Source: Dictyostelium discoideum (taxonomy: Eukaryota). From it: DNA of 64,000 nt. Shown one piece after another: positions 17,801 to 30,515 of the stretch. The stretch covers positions 3,104,001 through 3,168,000 of the forward strand of contig CM000155.2 in the NCBI GenBank assembly GCA_000004695.1, in the 5' to 3' direction. Each line of letters begins with the position of its first letter. Position 1 is the first letter of the stretch. Both the position numbers and the translations under genes were made by a program. Under the pieces are notes generated by a model. It had not been told where the DNA came from. It saw only the letters and a list, made by a program, of their open reading frames with translations, and did no database searches.

Positions 17801-19504
17801 CTTTTACCATCACCACCTCTTGGATAATAAATATTCATACTTTCAATAGATGGCAATTCATAAGTTTGTGGTGTGTCAAAAACTTCAAGAGATGTAACAA
17901 CTTTATTTAAATTTGAACTAAAGCTATAATATAATGAACCAATCACTTGAGTCTTTAATACACTCATTTGGTATTGAAATATTTGCATTGTACCTGAAAC
18001 AACACCATAAGGGTATTTAAATTGTCTTAGATTAATACCAACATTTTGTGTACTCTCAAAACCAGTTGAAAATAACATTGATCTTGATATATTACCGTTT
18101 ATTTCCATATTTATAAAATTTGTACTTGTATTTGTTGTACCATCAATAAAAGAAAAAGGTATCGCTATTTTAAATAATTGTAAAATATAAATAATTGTTA
18201 ATACTTTGATATTAAAAAAAAAAAAAAAAACAAAAAAAAAACTTACCATAGTAATCGATTGAAGCAGTTTCAAACGAAATATTATCATAAACTAAAGAAT
18301 GTACTTGATAACTTAATTTTGGTCTAATAAAATCTGACGGTAAAGAAGATGATAATAAAAACTGAGCCCTTGTTTCATTCCCACCTACCATTTTAAACCA
18401 TTGATTATTAAAATCTATAGGTTGATCAATCATTCCATATACAGCTTTTGAATATAAAAATAAATTCGATATTGATTTATCAATTGTATCACATGATGTA
18501 ATTAAACTTGTATCCCAATATGTACTTGATATATAACTACCACCTGCTCTATAATTATTACTTTGAGAACATACATCATTATCATAATCTTTTTTTTTTT
18601 TTTTTTTTATTAGTTTTTTTTTTTTTTTTCATATAAATTTAAAAAATATATTTATTACCTACCTATTAAAGGATTAAATAAATTGAATTCAATATTACTT
18701 AAAGAACCATATGAAATATTAAATAATAAATATGTTGGACTTACTCGAGGTGAGTTTGAAGGATTGAAATCTAATGAAAATCTTGCTAAATAGGTTGTTG
18801 AACTATCAATTAAAAATCCGTCTAAAAACGAGTATGTATATGGAAAAGGTGAATTTGTTGGTTTTAAACTTAACTGTTTTGTAACATTATAAATTTTTAA
18901 ATAAAAATAAATAGTTGATGATGGTGGAGTTGTTGTAATTAAATTTTCTAATACTTGAAAATTTAATGGTGATGTTGGTGGTTCTACACAATTATAGACG
19001 AATAAAGGAATTGCATAATTATTTGATCCATCATATATTGAGGAGAGGCTATATTGGCCGACTGTACAATTTGCATAAATTTCAAAACGACCAAATGTAT
19101 CTATTGATTGTATGAGTTCTGTTTTAAAATAATCAGTTGATAAACCTGAAATTAAAACTGTTGAAATTTGACTACCAAATGATCCAATAAATGTAAATCT
19201 TGGGTAACAATAACCACCTTTTTTATTTTAGTTTTTTTTTTTTTTTTATTTTGGGAAATAATATTAGTAAAAGAAATATAAATAAACGTTGCTATGTTTA
19301 ATTTTGACTTTTTCCCACATAAAAATTTTCAGATAAAAATCTGAATTTCGGCATCGTTTATTTTTTTTTTTTATTTTTAGTTTTCATACTTTCAGCATAA
19401 AAATCACTATTTTTTTTTAATTGAAAGAAATCAACAGAAGACAGTGTAATTACTAATTCTATAAATAATAAATTTAAAAAAATAAATAAAGTCAAAAATT
19501 TCAT
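14866..19504 (-). CDS. Paralog of the 9521-14191 gene. tgr-like type-I membrane glycoprotein of ~1430 aa, five exons, with an extra Thr/Pro/Ser-rich mucin-like linker.
   Basis: ATG at 19504 with signal peptide MKFLTLFIFLNLLFIELVITLSS. Donor GAAA|GTATGA. Exon 2 ~19230-18660, donor GTAGGT. Exon 3 ~18578-18250, shares QWFKMVGGNET with gene 2, donor GTAAGT. Last exon from ~18208 to the stop at 14866. IPT/TIG signature ISSSGGLITISGNSFG. EGF-like module CLNSCGGLNRGKCIENIGCQCISPYSGFDCL. Linker STPTSTPTSTPTSTTTPTSTPS. Confidence 0.6.
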
Positions 19505-20038
19505 CTTTTGGTTTTTGATTGGACATAAAAAAAAAAAAAAAAAAAAAAGTAAAAAAAAAAAAAAAAGTAAATCAAAAAAAAAAAATTGTGCAAAAGATAT
19601 TTTTATTTTTTTTTTTTTTTTTTCAAAGAATTAACAATTTTTTTAATGGATGTTTTTTTAATTTGTAATGATATAGATATTATCAATTGAAGAATTAACA
19701 ATTTTTTCCTTAAGCCAATTTATGGCAAATATAAAATAGGAATGAATAAACTTTTTAAATTTAATAGGTCTTAAAAAAATAAAAAAAAATAAAAAAATAA
19801 AAAAAGTGAATAAAAAAAAAGTGGATTAAAATCATTTTAAAAAATTAAAAATAAAAATATTTAATTTAAAAATAATATATTTAAAAAGGTGTTTAAATTT
19901 TTTTTATTAGATTTTAAAACTTTAAATAAAAAAAAATAAAAAAACTTGAACATATTTTTATTATATAAAATTAGAAAAAGAGAGAATACTATTTTCTATT
20001 ATCTTTTTTTATTTTTATTTTTATTTTTTTCATTAATT

Positions 20039-22283
20039 TTAAAGGAGAGCTTCAAAATTGAAATTTGCATTATCACTAGTATTACAAATTGATTTGAATG
20101 ATACGACTAAATTACCACCATCGAATTTCCAAACCCAATAAGAACTTTGTTTTTCAACAAATTGGAAGACGATTTTACAATTTTGAGTTGCTTCAACGAA
20201 ACCTTCTTTGACCATATCATCATCTTTACATCTTTTAACGATATTTTGACTGATGTAACGAATGATTTCAGCAAAGACATCACCAACACGTGGTTTATTA
20301 TTTTCTTCTAATTTTGGATAAACTTGTTCGATTGAAGATTCATCATAAGTCCAATCATTACCCAAGACTTCTTTAATCTTTTCGAAAGATTCATTGATTT
20401 TCTCTTGATTCTCTCTCAAATTGATTCTAGAGGCTAAAGTGAGTACACCTGGTGATGGTAAAATTTTAATGAAATCAAAGTTTGCATTATCACTAACATT
20501 GCAAATTGATTTGAAGGTGATTACTAAATCATTGTTTTCAAAACTCCAATTCCAATAACCGTTTGCTTTGGCATTGTGACGGAAAACAATCTTTGCATTT
20601 GAAGTTGCTTCGAGGAAACTTTCTAAAACCATATCCTCTTTACAACGTTTAACGATATTATCAGCGACATATTTAATAATCTCTTGGAATAAGTCACCAA
20701 TTCTTTCTTTATTTCTTTCTTCAAGTGCTGGATAAACAGTTTCCAATGATTGCTCATCATAGGACCAATCTACTTTAGTGACCTCTTTAATTCTTTCAAA
20801 AGCGGTATCGAATTTCTCTTGGTTCTCTTTCAAATTGATTTTAGCAGCTAATGAGAAAACACCTGGTACTGGAAGGACTTTAATGAAATCGAAATTGGCA
20901 TTATCAGAGATATTACAAATTGATTTAAAGGTGATGATTAAATTACCACCTTCAAAGGTCCAATTCCAATAACCACTTGCTTTGGCATTATGACGGAAAA
21001 CAATCTTTGCATTTGAAGTTGCTTCAACGAATGCTTCTAAAATTGTATCATTTTTACATTTCTTTTCAATGTTATCAGCAACATATTTGAAAATATCAGA
21101 GAATAAATCACCAATTCTCTCTTTATTTCTTTCTTCAAGTGCTGGATAAATTTGCTCCAATGATTCTTGCTCATATGACCAATCCATGTGGGTGGCTGCT
21201 TTAATTCTTTCGAAAGCGGTATCGAATTTCTCTTGGTTCTCTTTCATATTCAAACGAGCAGCTAATGAGAAAACACCTGGAACTGGGAGAACTTTAATGA
21301 AATCGTAGTTGGCATTATCAGAGATATTACTAATGGATTTGAAAGTAATGATGAGATCACCATTAGCGAATGACCAATTCCAATAGCCTGTGGTTTGTTT
21401 TGGATTATGTCTGAAACTAATTCTACCATTGGCAGTTACATCATTGAAACTTTCTAAAGTCATTTCATCTTTACAACGTTTTTCAATGTTTTGAGCAACG
21501 TATTCTAAAATTTGAGCAAATGTAGTACCAAATTGTTCACGTTGACTTTCATGTTCAAAAGCAGTTGGATAAACAGTTTCCATTGATGCTTCATCAAATG
21601 ACCAATCTCTACTGGTAACTACTTTAATTCTTTCGAATGCAAGTTCAAATCTTTCTTGATTCTTTTTCATATTAAGACGAGTTGGTAAACTATAAGCACC
21701 TTCACTTGGAATCACTTTATATAATTCGAAATTACCAGCTTCAGTAATATTATTACAACCTTTCTTGAATAAAAGATTTAATTGACCACCATTAAATGCA
21801 TACTTCCAATAGGATGAATTCTTGGCATCTTCATTAACAATTAATACAATCTTTTTAGCAGTATTTGCATTAATGATTGATTCTTTAGTTAATTCATCTT
21901 TTGATGCATTTACAATACATTTACTAATATTTGGACATAAATTTTTATAAAATACTTCACCCTTTTTTTAAAAAAAAAAAGAATTGATTAGATAAAAAAT
22001 GAAAATTAAAAAGAAAAAAAAAAAAATTACTTACTAATTGTTTTTTAACATGTTCATCAACTTTATCGAAAATGGCATCCCAATCAAATTCAATAATCCA
22101 TTCTTCACCATTTAAAGCATTTTTGATTTCTTCATGTGCTTTATTTAAGTGTTCTTCATTATCTCTTAATGATTTTCTGAAAAATAAAAAATAAAAAAAT
22201 GAAAAGAGTAAATAATTTGAACTTGATATTTTTTTATTTTTTTTTATTACTGTCTTTTTTTTTTATTTACCTAGCAACAAGGT
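20039..22283 (-). CDS. Protein made of five tandem ~135-aa repeats of an uncharacterised domain (N-terminal helical half, C-terminal beta-rich half ending ...YWNW(T/S)FEGGNLIITFKSICN(I/V)SDNANFDF). Three exons.
   Basis: ATG 22283-22281. Exon 1 (MPLNLVAR) donor GTAAAT at 22260. Exon 2 22176-22035, donor GTAAGT. Exon 3 21961-20039. The track ORF 20039-21715 begins at an internal GTG. The repeats are clear in the translation: LP(V/S)PGV(F/L)SLAA(R/K)(L/I)N(M/L)KENQEKFDTAFERIK... appears four times, plus a more divergent first copy. Confidence 0.6.
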
Positions 22284-22895
22284 TTAAAGGCATTTTAAAA
22301 AATTATATGTTTGTAATATCACAATGGTTTATAAAAAAAAAAAAAAAAAAAAAAAAATTTATATACAAAATTAAAAAAAAAAAAAAACAAAACAAAACAA
22401 AATATCTTTAAAAAACTGCTTTTTTTTTATAAAAATCAAAATATTGGGAAAAAAAAATGAATGAATCAAATCATTTTCCCTAAATTTTTTAGACAGATAT
22501 TTTATAAAAAAAAAAAAAAAAAGTTAGATTCCGGGCTAACAAAAAAATCAAAGAAAATAAAAAATATTTTTTATTTTTTTATAATTTTTTTTTAAAACTC
22601 GCAACACACTTAAGTCGAAAATATCTAAAAAAATTTTAAATATTTGACAAATTATAATAAAAATTTAATTTTTTTGAAACATAATATGACGTCAAATTAA
22701 ATAAATAAATATAAAAAAAAAAAAAACAAAATCCATTTTTAGAATGTCCACCTCGTGAATGAGCTTGAAAATAAAAGTAAAAAAAAAAAAAAAGAGGAGA
22801 CTTACCGACCAGCGCATAAAATTATCCAACCACATCATCAGTTTTTTTTTTTTTTTTAAAAAATTCTCTAAAATTATTTGCATTTTATTTTATTT

Positions 22896-23618
22896 TTATT
22901 TTAAAACTAAATCATTTGAAATGTTTGTAAATTTCGAAGTAATATCCCAAAGTTTTTTAGAAATTTCAATACTATTGAATTGTCTTGGAGTTTCAGTTAA
23001 TACACCAATGTTAAAGTAAGAACCTTTAATACCATTAAGTGATGGATCAGTACCAAGTGCAACTTTTGCACATTCTTTAGAAGCAACTTGAATTGGAGTG
23101 AAAATAAAATTTGGCATCAATGAAAAAGCAACTTTTAAAATACCAGTAAAATCACGTTGTAAACTAGTTTGAACTTTACCAGGATTAATTGAATTTACTA
23201 CTATTTTAGAACCTTTTTCAATTAATTTTCTTTGTAATTCCTTTGTGAATAATAGATTACAACATTTCGAAAGTGAATAATCTTTTAATTGATTATAGTT
23301 TGCCTCTGATTCAACATTTATTTTATCATTTAAAATCAATGATAAATCGGCATCTTTAAATCTATCAGATGTTAAAACTAAAATTCTTGGATTTTCACTT
23401 TTTTCCAAATTTTTTAATAATAAATTTGTTAATAAAAATGGACCAAAATGATTAGTAGCAATTTGAAATGAATAACCATCTTGAGTTATTGAAAATGGTG
23501 GACACATAACACCTGCATTATTAATTAATAAATCTAATGGTAAATTTAATTTATTAAATTCATTTACAAATGATTTTACTGACTATTTTTTTTTTTTTTT
23601 AAAAAAAATAATTTATTA

Positions 23619-23681
<63 letters not shown>

Positions 23682-23907
23682 GATTAAATTAAATTACATT
23701 TTGTTTACTAAGATCTAAATCTAAAATGATAATATTACTATTTCCAGTGTGTGATGAAATTTCTTTAGCAGCAACTTCACCTTTTTGTTTATTTCTACAT
23801 CCAATAACAATTGTGCCAATTTCTCTTGCAATTATCTTACAAGTTTCTTTTCCTATTCCATCACTTCCACCAGTTATAATTGCAACTTTATTATTTAATT
23901 TATTCAT
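22896..23907 (-). CDS. Short-chain dehydrogenase/reductase (retinol dehydrogenase/WWOX-like SDR). Two exons, intron 23583-23697.
   Basis: Exon 1 (23907-23698) carries the Rossmann motif IITGGSDGIGKE and a GTAATT donor. Exon 2 (23582-22896) starts at TCAGTAAAATCA and carries the YSLSK catalytic motif (YxxxK). The intron is dominated by a ~65-nt homopolymer. Confidence 0.75.
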
Positions 23908-24845
23908 TTTAATTTAATTTAATTTATTATTTTATTAATTATTAATTGTTTTGATTGATTATTTTTTTTTTTTTTCTTTAATTTTCCATTTAAATAGTTT
24001 TTTTTTTTTTTTTTTTTATTCATTTATTAATATAATTTTTTTTTTTTTTTTGGTATTAGTTTATCCTGGTTATTTTAATAAATTATTTTTAGAATCTTGA
24101 TAAGAATTTTCTTTATTTTTTGTTATTTTTTTTTGAAAATCACATTAAAAAAAAAGATTTTTTTTTTTTTCAAAGGAAATAAGATATTTTTTTTTTTTTT
24201 TTTCAAAGTAAAAAAGATATTTTTTTTTTTTTTCGAGCTTTGGTATTCCCAATTAATAATGACGTATTAATTCATGCTAAAATAAAATATGTTCTTTCAA
24301 AAATTGGAAATAAATCATATTATTATTATTATAATATTTTTTTTTTACAAATATTTTTAGAATTTTCTTAATTTCAGAGCATGGATATTAAGGTCACACT
24401 CTTTTTTTATTTTGATTATAACCCACAACAACTAAACATTACGTACAAAAAAAAAATGGTAGACTAGATTTTCCATTTATTTTTTGATTAATTAACGTTA
24501 GTCATCTGATTTAAAATCTTAAGAAACCAGCACAGAGAAATCTAAATAAATAAAAAAAAAATTACCAGGCAATATTAAAACGATGACAATAACAATAAAA
24601 AATAAAATAAATAAAAAAAAAAAAATTAAAATAAACTAAAATAAACTAAAATTATATTATTTAAATAATATCGTTGTTGCAAATATTAACTTTAAAATTA
24701 TACATAATTTATATAAAAATAAATAATTTAATATATTATTATTTTTTTTTAAAAAAAGAAATAACCAAAATATTTATTGTAAATAAAAGATTTAAATTTA
24801 TTTAAAAATAATCTTTTTTTTTTTTTTTTTTTTTTTTTTATTCTT

Positions 24846-25901
24846 TTATTCTTTTGAATTTAATATTGTTAAAATTTCATCGTCAGATAATGGTTGTAAA
24901 TTACGTTCATTTCTATTGAGTATAATTTCATTTTTCCAATAGTTATGATGATCATATTCATGATCTGAGGCACCAGTGAATTCTTTTTCTAAATCATTTG
25001 GCTCAAAGAATTGGGAGAAAACTTTAATTTTTTGTTTTTCACCATTTGCGAAAACGATCTTTTTATAGGTAACTTTATTGATGAATGGTGAGATGGTAGT
25101 CCAGAAAACATTGAAAATGAAGGGAGTTTCCACTAAAAAGGCATTACCGAGACGCTCTGGATAATGGTCGGATAAAATTTGAAGAACATACTTACTAACA
25201 GACATTGGTGGTGAATTTCTAATTGAATAGTTTTTAAAGTCGATTAACAATACAATTTGTTCGTGGCCACGTGTTTTATCCATTAATGATATTGCTCTTT
25301 CAATGTTGTAAACCATTAATCTGATTTGGTTATCATGGTTTTTAGTATTCTCTCTCACTGGTCTAAGATAGATAACACTTCTGCCATGTGATTTACCAAA
25401 TACGTATTGTTTACCTGAGGATGCTTCATAGGATAATGATTCGGCTGTAATCTCGTATGGCTTATATTTGCTTCTCCATTCCAATGTATTCTTTAGTAGA
25501 TTGAATGATAAAGAGAGATCATAATCTCTTGCTCTTAAATATCTTAATAATAACATATCACCACCATCCTCTAACCATTCTCTCTCCTTTTCTGATATCT
25601 CTCCAAATCCTGTGTTTGTTGATTTTTCATTACCATCTTTCCATACTTTTTCTTTAAATTGTTTGAAAATATTAATTTGTTTTTCACTTAAATTTTTAAA
25701 TGGGTTAAATTCACCACCATCTTCAAATTTTGTATTATTATATATTTCATTATCTTCACCTGTTACTGATGATGCACTATTTGTATTACTATCTGTTAAA
25801 TCTGAAGTTGAAATATCTTGTTCACTTTTTGTTGTAGTTGTTGTGGTTGTGGTTGTTGCAGTGGTTTCTTCATTTTTATTTTTTTTATCTTTTTTTCCCA
25901 T
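24846..25901 (-). CDS. Sec14-like / CRAL-TRIO domain phosphatidylinositol-transfer-type protein (351 aa), single exon.
   Basis: ATG 25901. CRAL-TRIO N-terminal region LLLRYLRARDYDLSLSFNLLKNTLEWR. Lipid-binding core GRSVIYLRPVREN...LLIDFKNYS...HYPERLGNAFLVETPFIFNVFW. Confidence 0.75.
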   Translation of the reverse strand: MGKKDKKNKNEETTATTTTTTTTTKSEQDISTSDLTDSNTNSASSVTGEDNEIYNNTKFEDGGEFNPFKNLSEKQINIFKQFKEKVWKDGNEKSTNTGFGEISEKEREWLEDGGDMLLLRYLRARDYDLSLSFNLLKNTLEWRSKYKPYEITAESLSYEASSGKQYVFGKSHGRSVIYLRPVRENTKNHDNQIRLMVYNIERAISLMDKTRGHEQIVLLIDFKNYSIRNSPPMSVSKYVLQILSDHYPERLGNAFLVETPFIFNVFWTTISPFINKVTYKKIVFANGEKQKIKVFSQFFEPNDLEKEFTGASDHEYDHHNYWKNEIILNRNERNLQPLSDDEILTILNSKE

Positions 25902-25907
25902 TTTTTA

Positions 25908-25938
<31 letters not shown>

Positions 25939-25998
25939 TTTTTTATCTTTTTTTTTTAATCTTTTTTTTTTTTCTGTGGTTTGATTACTTAGTGGTTG

Positions 25999-26031
<33 letters not shown>

Positions 26032-26317
26032 GAAAAAAGATTTTTTTTTTTGTTTTTTTTTTTTTTTTTAAAATAAATATTTATTTAAATTTTAATTTTT
26101 TTTTATATTTTTTTTTTTTTTATTTTTTTTTTTTTTTTATTTTTTTTTATTTAATTTTTTTTTTTTCCGATACGTATTTTCATTATAAAGTTCAGATCTC
26201 ATTTTTTTCAAGATTCGAAATATTCTTTATTTTTTATTTAAATAAAATAATATCCCCACCTTTTCCTCCCCTTTTTTTTTATTTTTAATTTTTATTTTTC
26301 CAAAAGACTAAAAATTA

Positions 26318-26353
<36 letters not shown>

Positions 26354-26385
26354 AAATTTCAGATTATTATGATTTTTTATTTATA

Positions 26386-26398
26386 ATGACAAGTGTTG

Positions 26399-26431
<33 letters not shown>

Positions 26432-27357
26432 GTAATAGTAATATAATTGAAACTAAATTAATTGGACATAAAGATACAGTATTATGTATTTCAAGTCATA
26501 ATAAAAAAGAGATAATAGCAAGTGGTTCAGATGATTGCACTGTTAGAATATGGGATTTAAATACAAATAAATCAATACAATCAATTGTTGAAGGATTTCA
26601 AGGTAACCCAGTTAATAACGTTTGTTTTGATCAAGATTTCACTCTTTATTGTTCATATGATAATATTATAGTTTCATTTGATTTAAGACAACCAAATGTA
26701 ATCTTAAAAGAATTTAATACTCAATATAAATTTAATACTGAAGAAATTAATCAAGTATGTAATTTTTAAAAAAAATTAATTATATATATATATATATTTC
26801 TTTTTCATTGCCACTTTTTACCATTTTTAAAAAATAATATAAACTGATAAAAAAAAAAAAAAAAAAAAAAGTTAAGTTTTGATTCAAAATATCAATATTT
26901 AGCAGCATGTGATGATTCAGGTCAAACTAAAATTATTGATGTTACAAAAAATAAATTAGTAGAATCATTAAATAAAAAGCATACAAATATAGCAACAGGT
27001 TGTGTTTTTAGACCAAATAGTAAAAATGAATTAATTACATCTTCAATGGATTTTTCAATCATTCATTGGGATTTCTTAAAAGCAAAAGTTTTACATAGAG
27101 ATACATTTAAAGAAGGTTCTTTACCTCAAAATATTTCAAAATCACAACAACAACAACAAGAAACAACAGAACCAAATAGAATGTTAAATCCACCATTCGT
27201 TACAAGTGTTGATTGTTCAAATAATTCAAAATATGTAGCTATTTCAATGGGTGATGGTACAATTGTAATTAATGAAATTTCAAGTTTTAAACAATATTTA
27301 AAAATAAATTCTATACATAAATCTTCAATTCAACAAGTGTATGTTATAATTATTCTT

Positions 27358-27398
<41 letters not shown>

Positions 27399-27704
27399 TC
27401 ATTATTTTACTAATATTAAAATTAATTTTAAAGTCATTATCCAAAATATTTAGAAAATAATTATCAAAGACTAATTTCATTTGGGAATTATGATAAAAAG
27501 ATAGTAATTTGGGATGTTTCTGAAGATATGAATACAAAAGTTTCATCATCTTTATTATCAAATGATGAAAAAAATAATGAAAGAATTAAAACATGGCTTG
27601 AACATTCTGAAAAAATTAATTGTTTAACAACTTCAAATTTAAAAAATAATGCAATATTTGTTGCCGATTTATCAAATGATTTAAAACTATTATCAATTCA
27701 ATAA
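26386..27704 (+). CDS. WD40-repeat protein. Three exons: 26386-26754, 26872-27338, 27434-27704.
   Basis: WD-like units (GHKDTVLCIS...DCTVRIWDL; KKIVIWDV). Donors GTATGT at 26755 and 27339. Acceptors AG at 26870-26871 and 27432-27433 keep one frame. Stop TAA at 27702-27704. Confidence 0.6.
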
Positions 27705-28338
27705 TTTCCTTTAGAGTTTTTCAAATAATTAATAAACTTATATATAATAATAAAAATAAATAGATAAATCATTATTATTAGAATTTCTTTTATTTTTTTT
27801 TTATTTTTTTTTTTATTGTTTTTTTAAATTTTTTATTAATTTTTTTTTTTATCCAATTAGATAATGAAATTGTTATTTGTTAATTTTTTATTTATTGGAA
27901 TTTGTTGGTCAAGTGCTAAATAGGTTTAGATACCTGAAATTAAAATTAATTTAATAAAATTAAAAAGGAAATTTACAAAAAAGAAGTAATATTGACTTCT
28001 TAAGAAGTAATATTGACTTCTTAATTTCAATATTACTTCTTAAAAAAATTTTATGATTATCATTTATTCCCATTCCCTCTTTAATTTTTTTAAAAAATTA
28101 TAAAATTTTTTTAGAATTTTCTATTTTTATTTTTTGTTTGTTTATTAATATTATTGTATTTGGGAACATTGTCCTCTTCAATTAGGTTCTTGATTCAAAA
28201 GCACCATATTCAAAAATGGCAATGGAAGAGTGAAAATGTCTTTCATTTATTCAAAATTTTAGTACGAATTGGTGGTTAAAATTAATATTATCATATTTTT
28301 TATATTTTATAATGTATAAATTATAAGAATTCATAAAA

Positions 28339-28411
28339 GGGGATGTAGCTCAGATGGTAGAGCGCTCGCTTAGCATGCGAGAGGTAAAGGGATCGATACC
28401 CTTCTTCTCCA
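28339..28411 (+). tRNA. tRNA-Ala (anticodon AGC)
   Basis: GGGGATGTAGCTCAGATGGTAGAGCGCTCGCTTAGCATGCGAGAGGTAAAGGGATCGATACCCTTCTTCTCCA. Cloverleaf fits, with a G3:U70 pair and AGC in the anticodon loop CTTAGCATG. Confidence 0.85.
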
Positions 28412-28866
28412 CTTTATAATTTATTGTGTAAAGTGATACTTTACGAAGTTCGGGTTTGGAAATCGAAAATAAAAATTAAAAAAATAATAAAAATAAAATA
28501 AAAACATTTTTCGTTTTTCGAAAAATTCAGTTTTTCACTTTGAATACAAATAACAATATTAGTATTATTTATTAATTTGAATTTCTAAACATCTATTTAA
28601 TTTATACATATTTATCTATAAATTTAACAATTGTATGGAATCTTAATATTATTAATTGTCACGACTTTCAGTTTTATATTTATTAGTATTACCATTACAA
28701 GTTTTTAATAGTCATAATATTAATAAGAATACTATAATAATACTTCTTATTTTAACTCATTATTTAATAATACTATTAACAATTATTTATTTAACAGATT
28801 TTCAAGATTTGTTTGAAAATTCCTAAATTGGAATTTTCAAAATAAAAATTTAGATATTAATTTTAA

Positions 28867-28905
<39 letters not shown>

Positions 28906-29758
28906 ATTTTTTTGCAGATCTTAATAAAATTAAGATTAACAGAGACGTTGCAAGACTAAAGAATGAGGAATAAAAAAAGATATAAATAGTGGGATATTTT
29001 AAAAGGACCACAGATTTTATTATCAATTTTTAACCATTTATTACATTTTAATTTAATATTACACAATAAATATATACATAAACAAATTATATTAATTTAG
29101 GTAAATACATAATAAAATAATAAATTATATAAACGTTATCAAAATTATTACTTAAAATAAATAAATAATTTAAAAATGAGTGAACCAGGAAATATCACAA
29201 CTAAAAGACAGCTTCAACAACAATTAAATGAAAGAATTACAGAAGAAATAAACAAGATAAACCAGCGGAAGATCTTTACATATATTTATATATTTATTTT
29301 TATATATATTTATTTATATATTTATATTTATTTATAAAAATATATTTAATTATATATTTATTTATATATTTATATATTTTTATATTTTTATATATTTTTA
29401 TATATTTATATTTATATTGCATTACATGTTAAATTTATAACAAAGTAGTTTGGTTAATTATATAGATGTTTAAAAATAATAAATCAAATAATACCAATGT
29501 TTTGTTTTTTTATTTTTTATTTTTTTATTTTTATTTTTATTTTTTATAAACTGAATTGGTAAAATACCAATGTATTTCACATTTATTAGTTTGTAAAATA
29601 CTTTGGTATTTTACGAAGTTTAGTTTATATGATTTTTTAAAAAAAGAAAATTTAAAAATTTTTTTTTTTTTCGAAAATGAAAATGATTTTTTGAAAAAAG
29701 AAAATTTAAAAATTTTGGAATTGAAAATGTGGTATATTTTTCAAAGAATTTCAAGAAA

Positions 29759-29831
29759 GCTCGATTAGCTCAGTCGGCAGAGCGTGGTGCTAATAACGCC
29801 ACGGTCGCAGGTTCGATCCCTGCATCGAGCA
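29759..29831 (+). tRNA. tRNA-Ile (anticodon AAT)
   Basis: GCTCGATTAGCTCAGTCGGCAGAGCGTGGTGCTAATAACGCCACGGTCGCAGGTTCGATCCCTGCATCGAGCA. Anticodon stem TGGTG/CGCCA with loop CTAATAA. Confidence 0.85.
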
Positions 29832-29861
29832 AGTATTTTTATACAACCCAAAATGGTCGTT

Positions 29862-29872
29862 GGTTCGATTCC
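29862..29872 (+). promoter_or_regulatory. External B box (ex-B, GGTTCGATTCC) 31 bp downstream of tRNA-Ile
   Basis: Perfect B-box consensus GGTTCGANTCC outside the tRNA body. Dictyostelium tRNA genes commonly carry a second downstream B box. Confidence 0.5.
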
Positions 29873-29939
29873 TTCCTAATCAACTGACCACTTAATTGAA
29901 ATTCATAAATAAAACTATTAATTATTGTTTATTTGTTAT

Positions 29940-30515
29940 AAATGATCTTTTTTCATGTTGAAAGACCCACATATACACAAAACAGAATTTCAAAAAGATC
30001 TATTCTTTAAAGGATATAGTTACAATCAATTATTCCCAAACATATTGAAGATAAGAGATACGAAAACCAAAAACACAATGTTCAGATTTCATTCAAGATG
30101 TTTACCTCTAAATTATCTTCACAATAAAGATTGTCCATTGTGTAATATGAATATGAAAAATGATCCATATAGATCACCTATAATACCTTCTAACATGTAA
30201 AAAGATCATGACATAAACATAGACTACATTCATTCAAAATTTTGAATGGTGCTACAAAGCTATAGATTATGACCTCTCTAGACATTTTCATATAAAAATA
30301 TAATAGCACTGATATTACACCAAATTTGGATATGGATTTGCAATCAAATATACAGCGAAGACAAAACTTTAAACTATCATCATCAAAAGACTCACTTTCA
30401 ATCTGTAATAAAAACGAATACATAAATCAAATTAAAAATATCAAAAAACAAATAATCAAAGAATACTGTATACCAATCATAGCCCTACCAAATAGAGAAA
30501 TTTTTGACCAATTTC

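Noticed and set aside
22283-22330. Considered whether the five-repeat gene starts further upstream
   Set aside because: ATG at 22283 gives an in-phase donor (GCTAG|GTAAAT) and the upstream sequence is A/T homopolymer. The N-terminus remains unverified.
25612-26288. Cys/Phe-rich ORFs upstream of the Sec14 gene
   Set aside because: Low-complexity T-rich promoter/5' region read in frame. One overlaps the real minus-strand CDS in antisense.
28431-28455. Possible external B box downstream of tRNA-Ala (aagttcgggtttgg)
   Set aside because: Only 6 of 11 positions match GGTTCGANTCC. Not called, unlike the perfect matches after tRNA-Ile and both tRNA-Lys.
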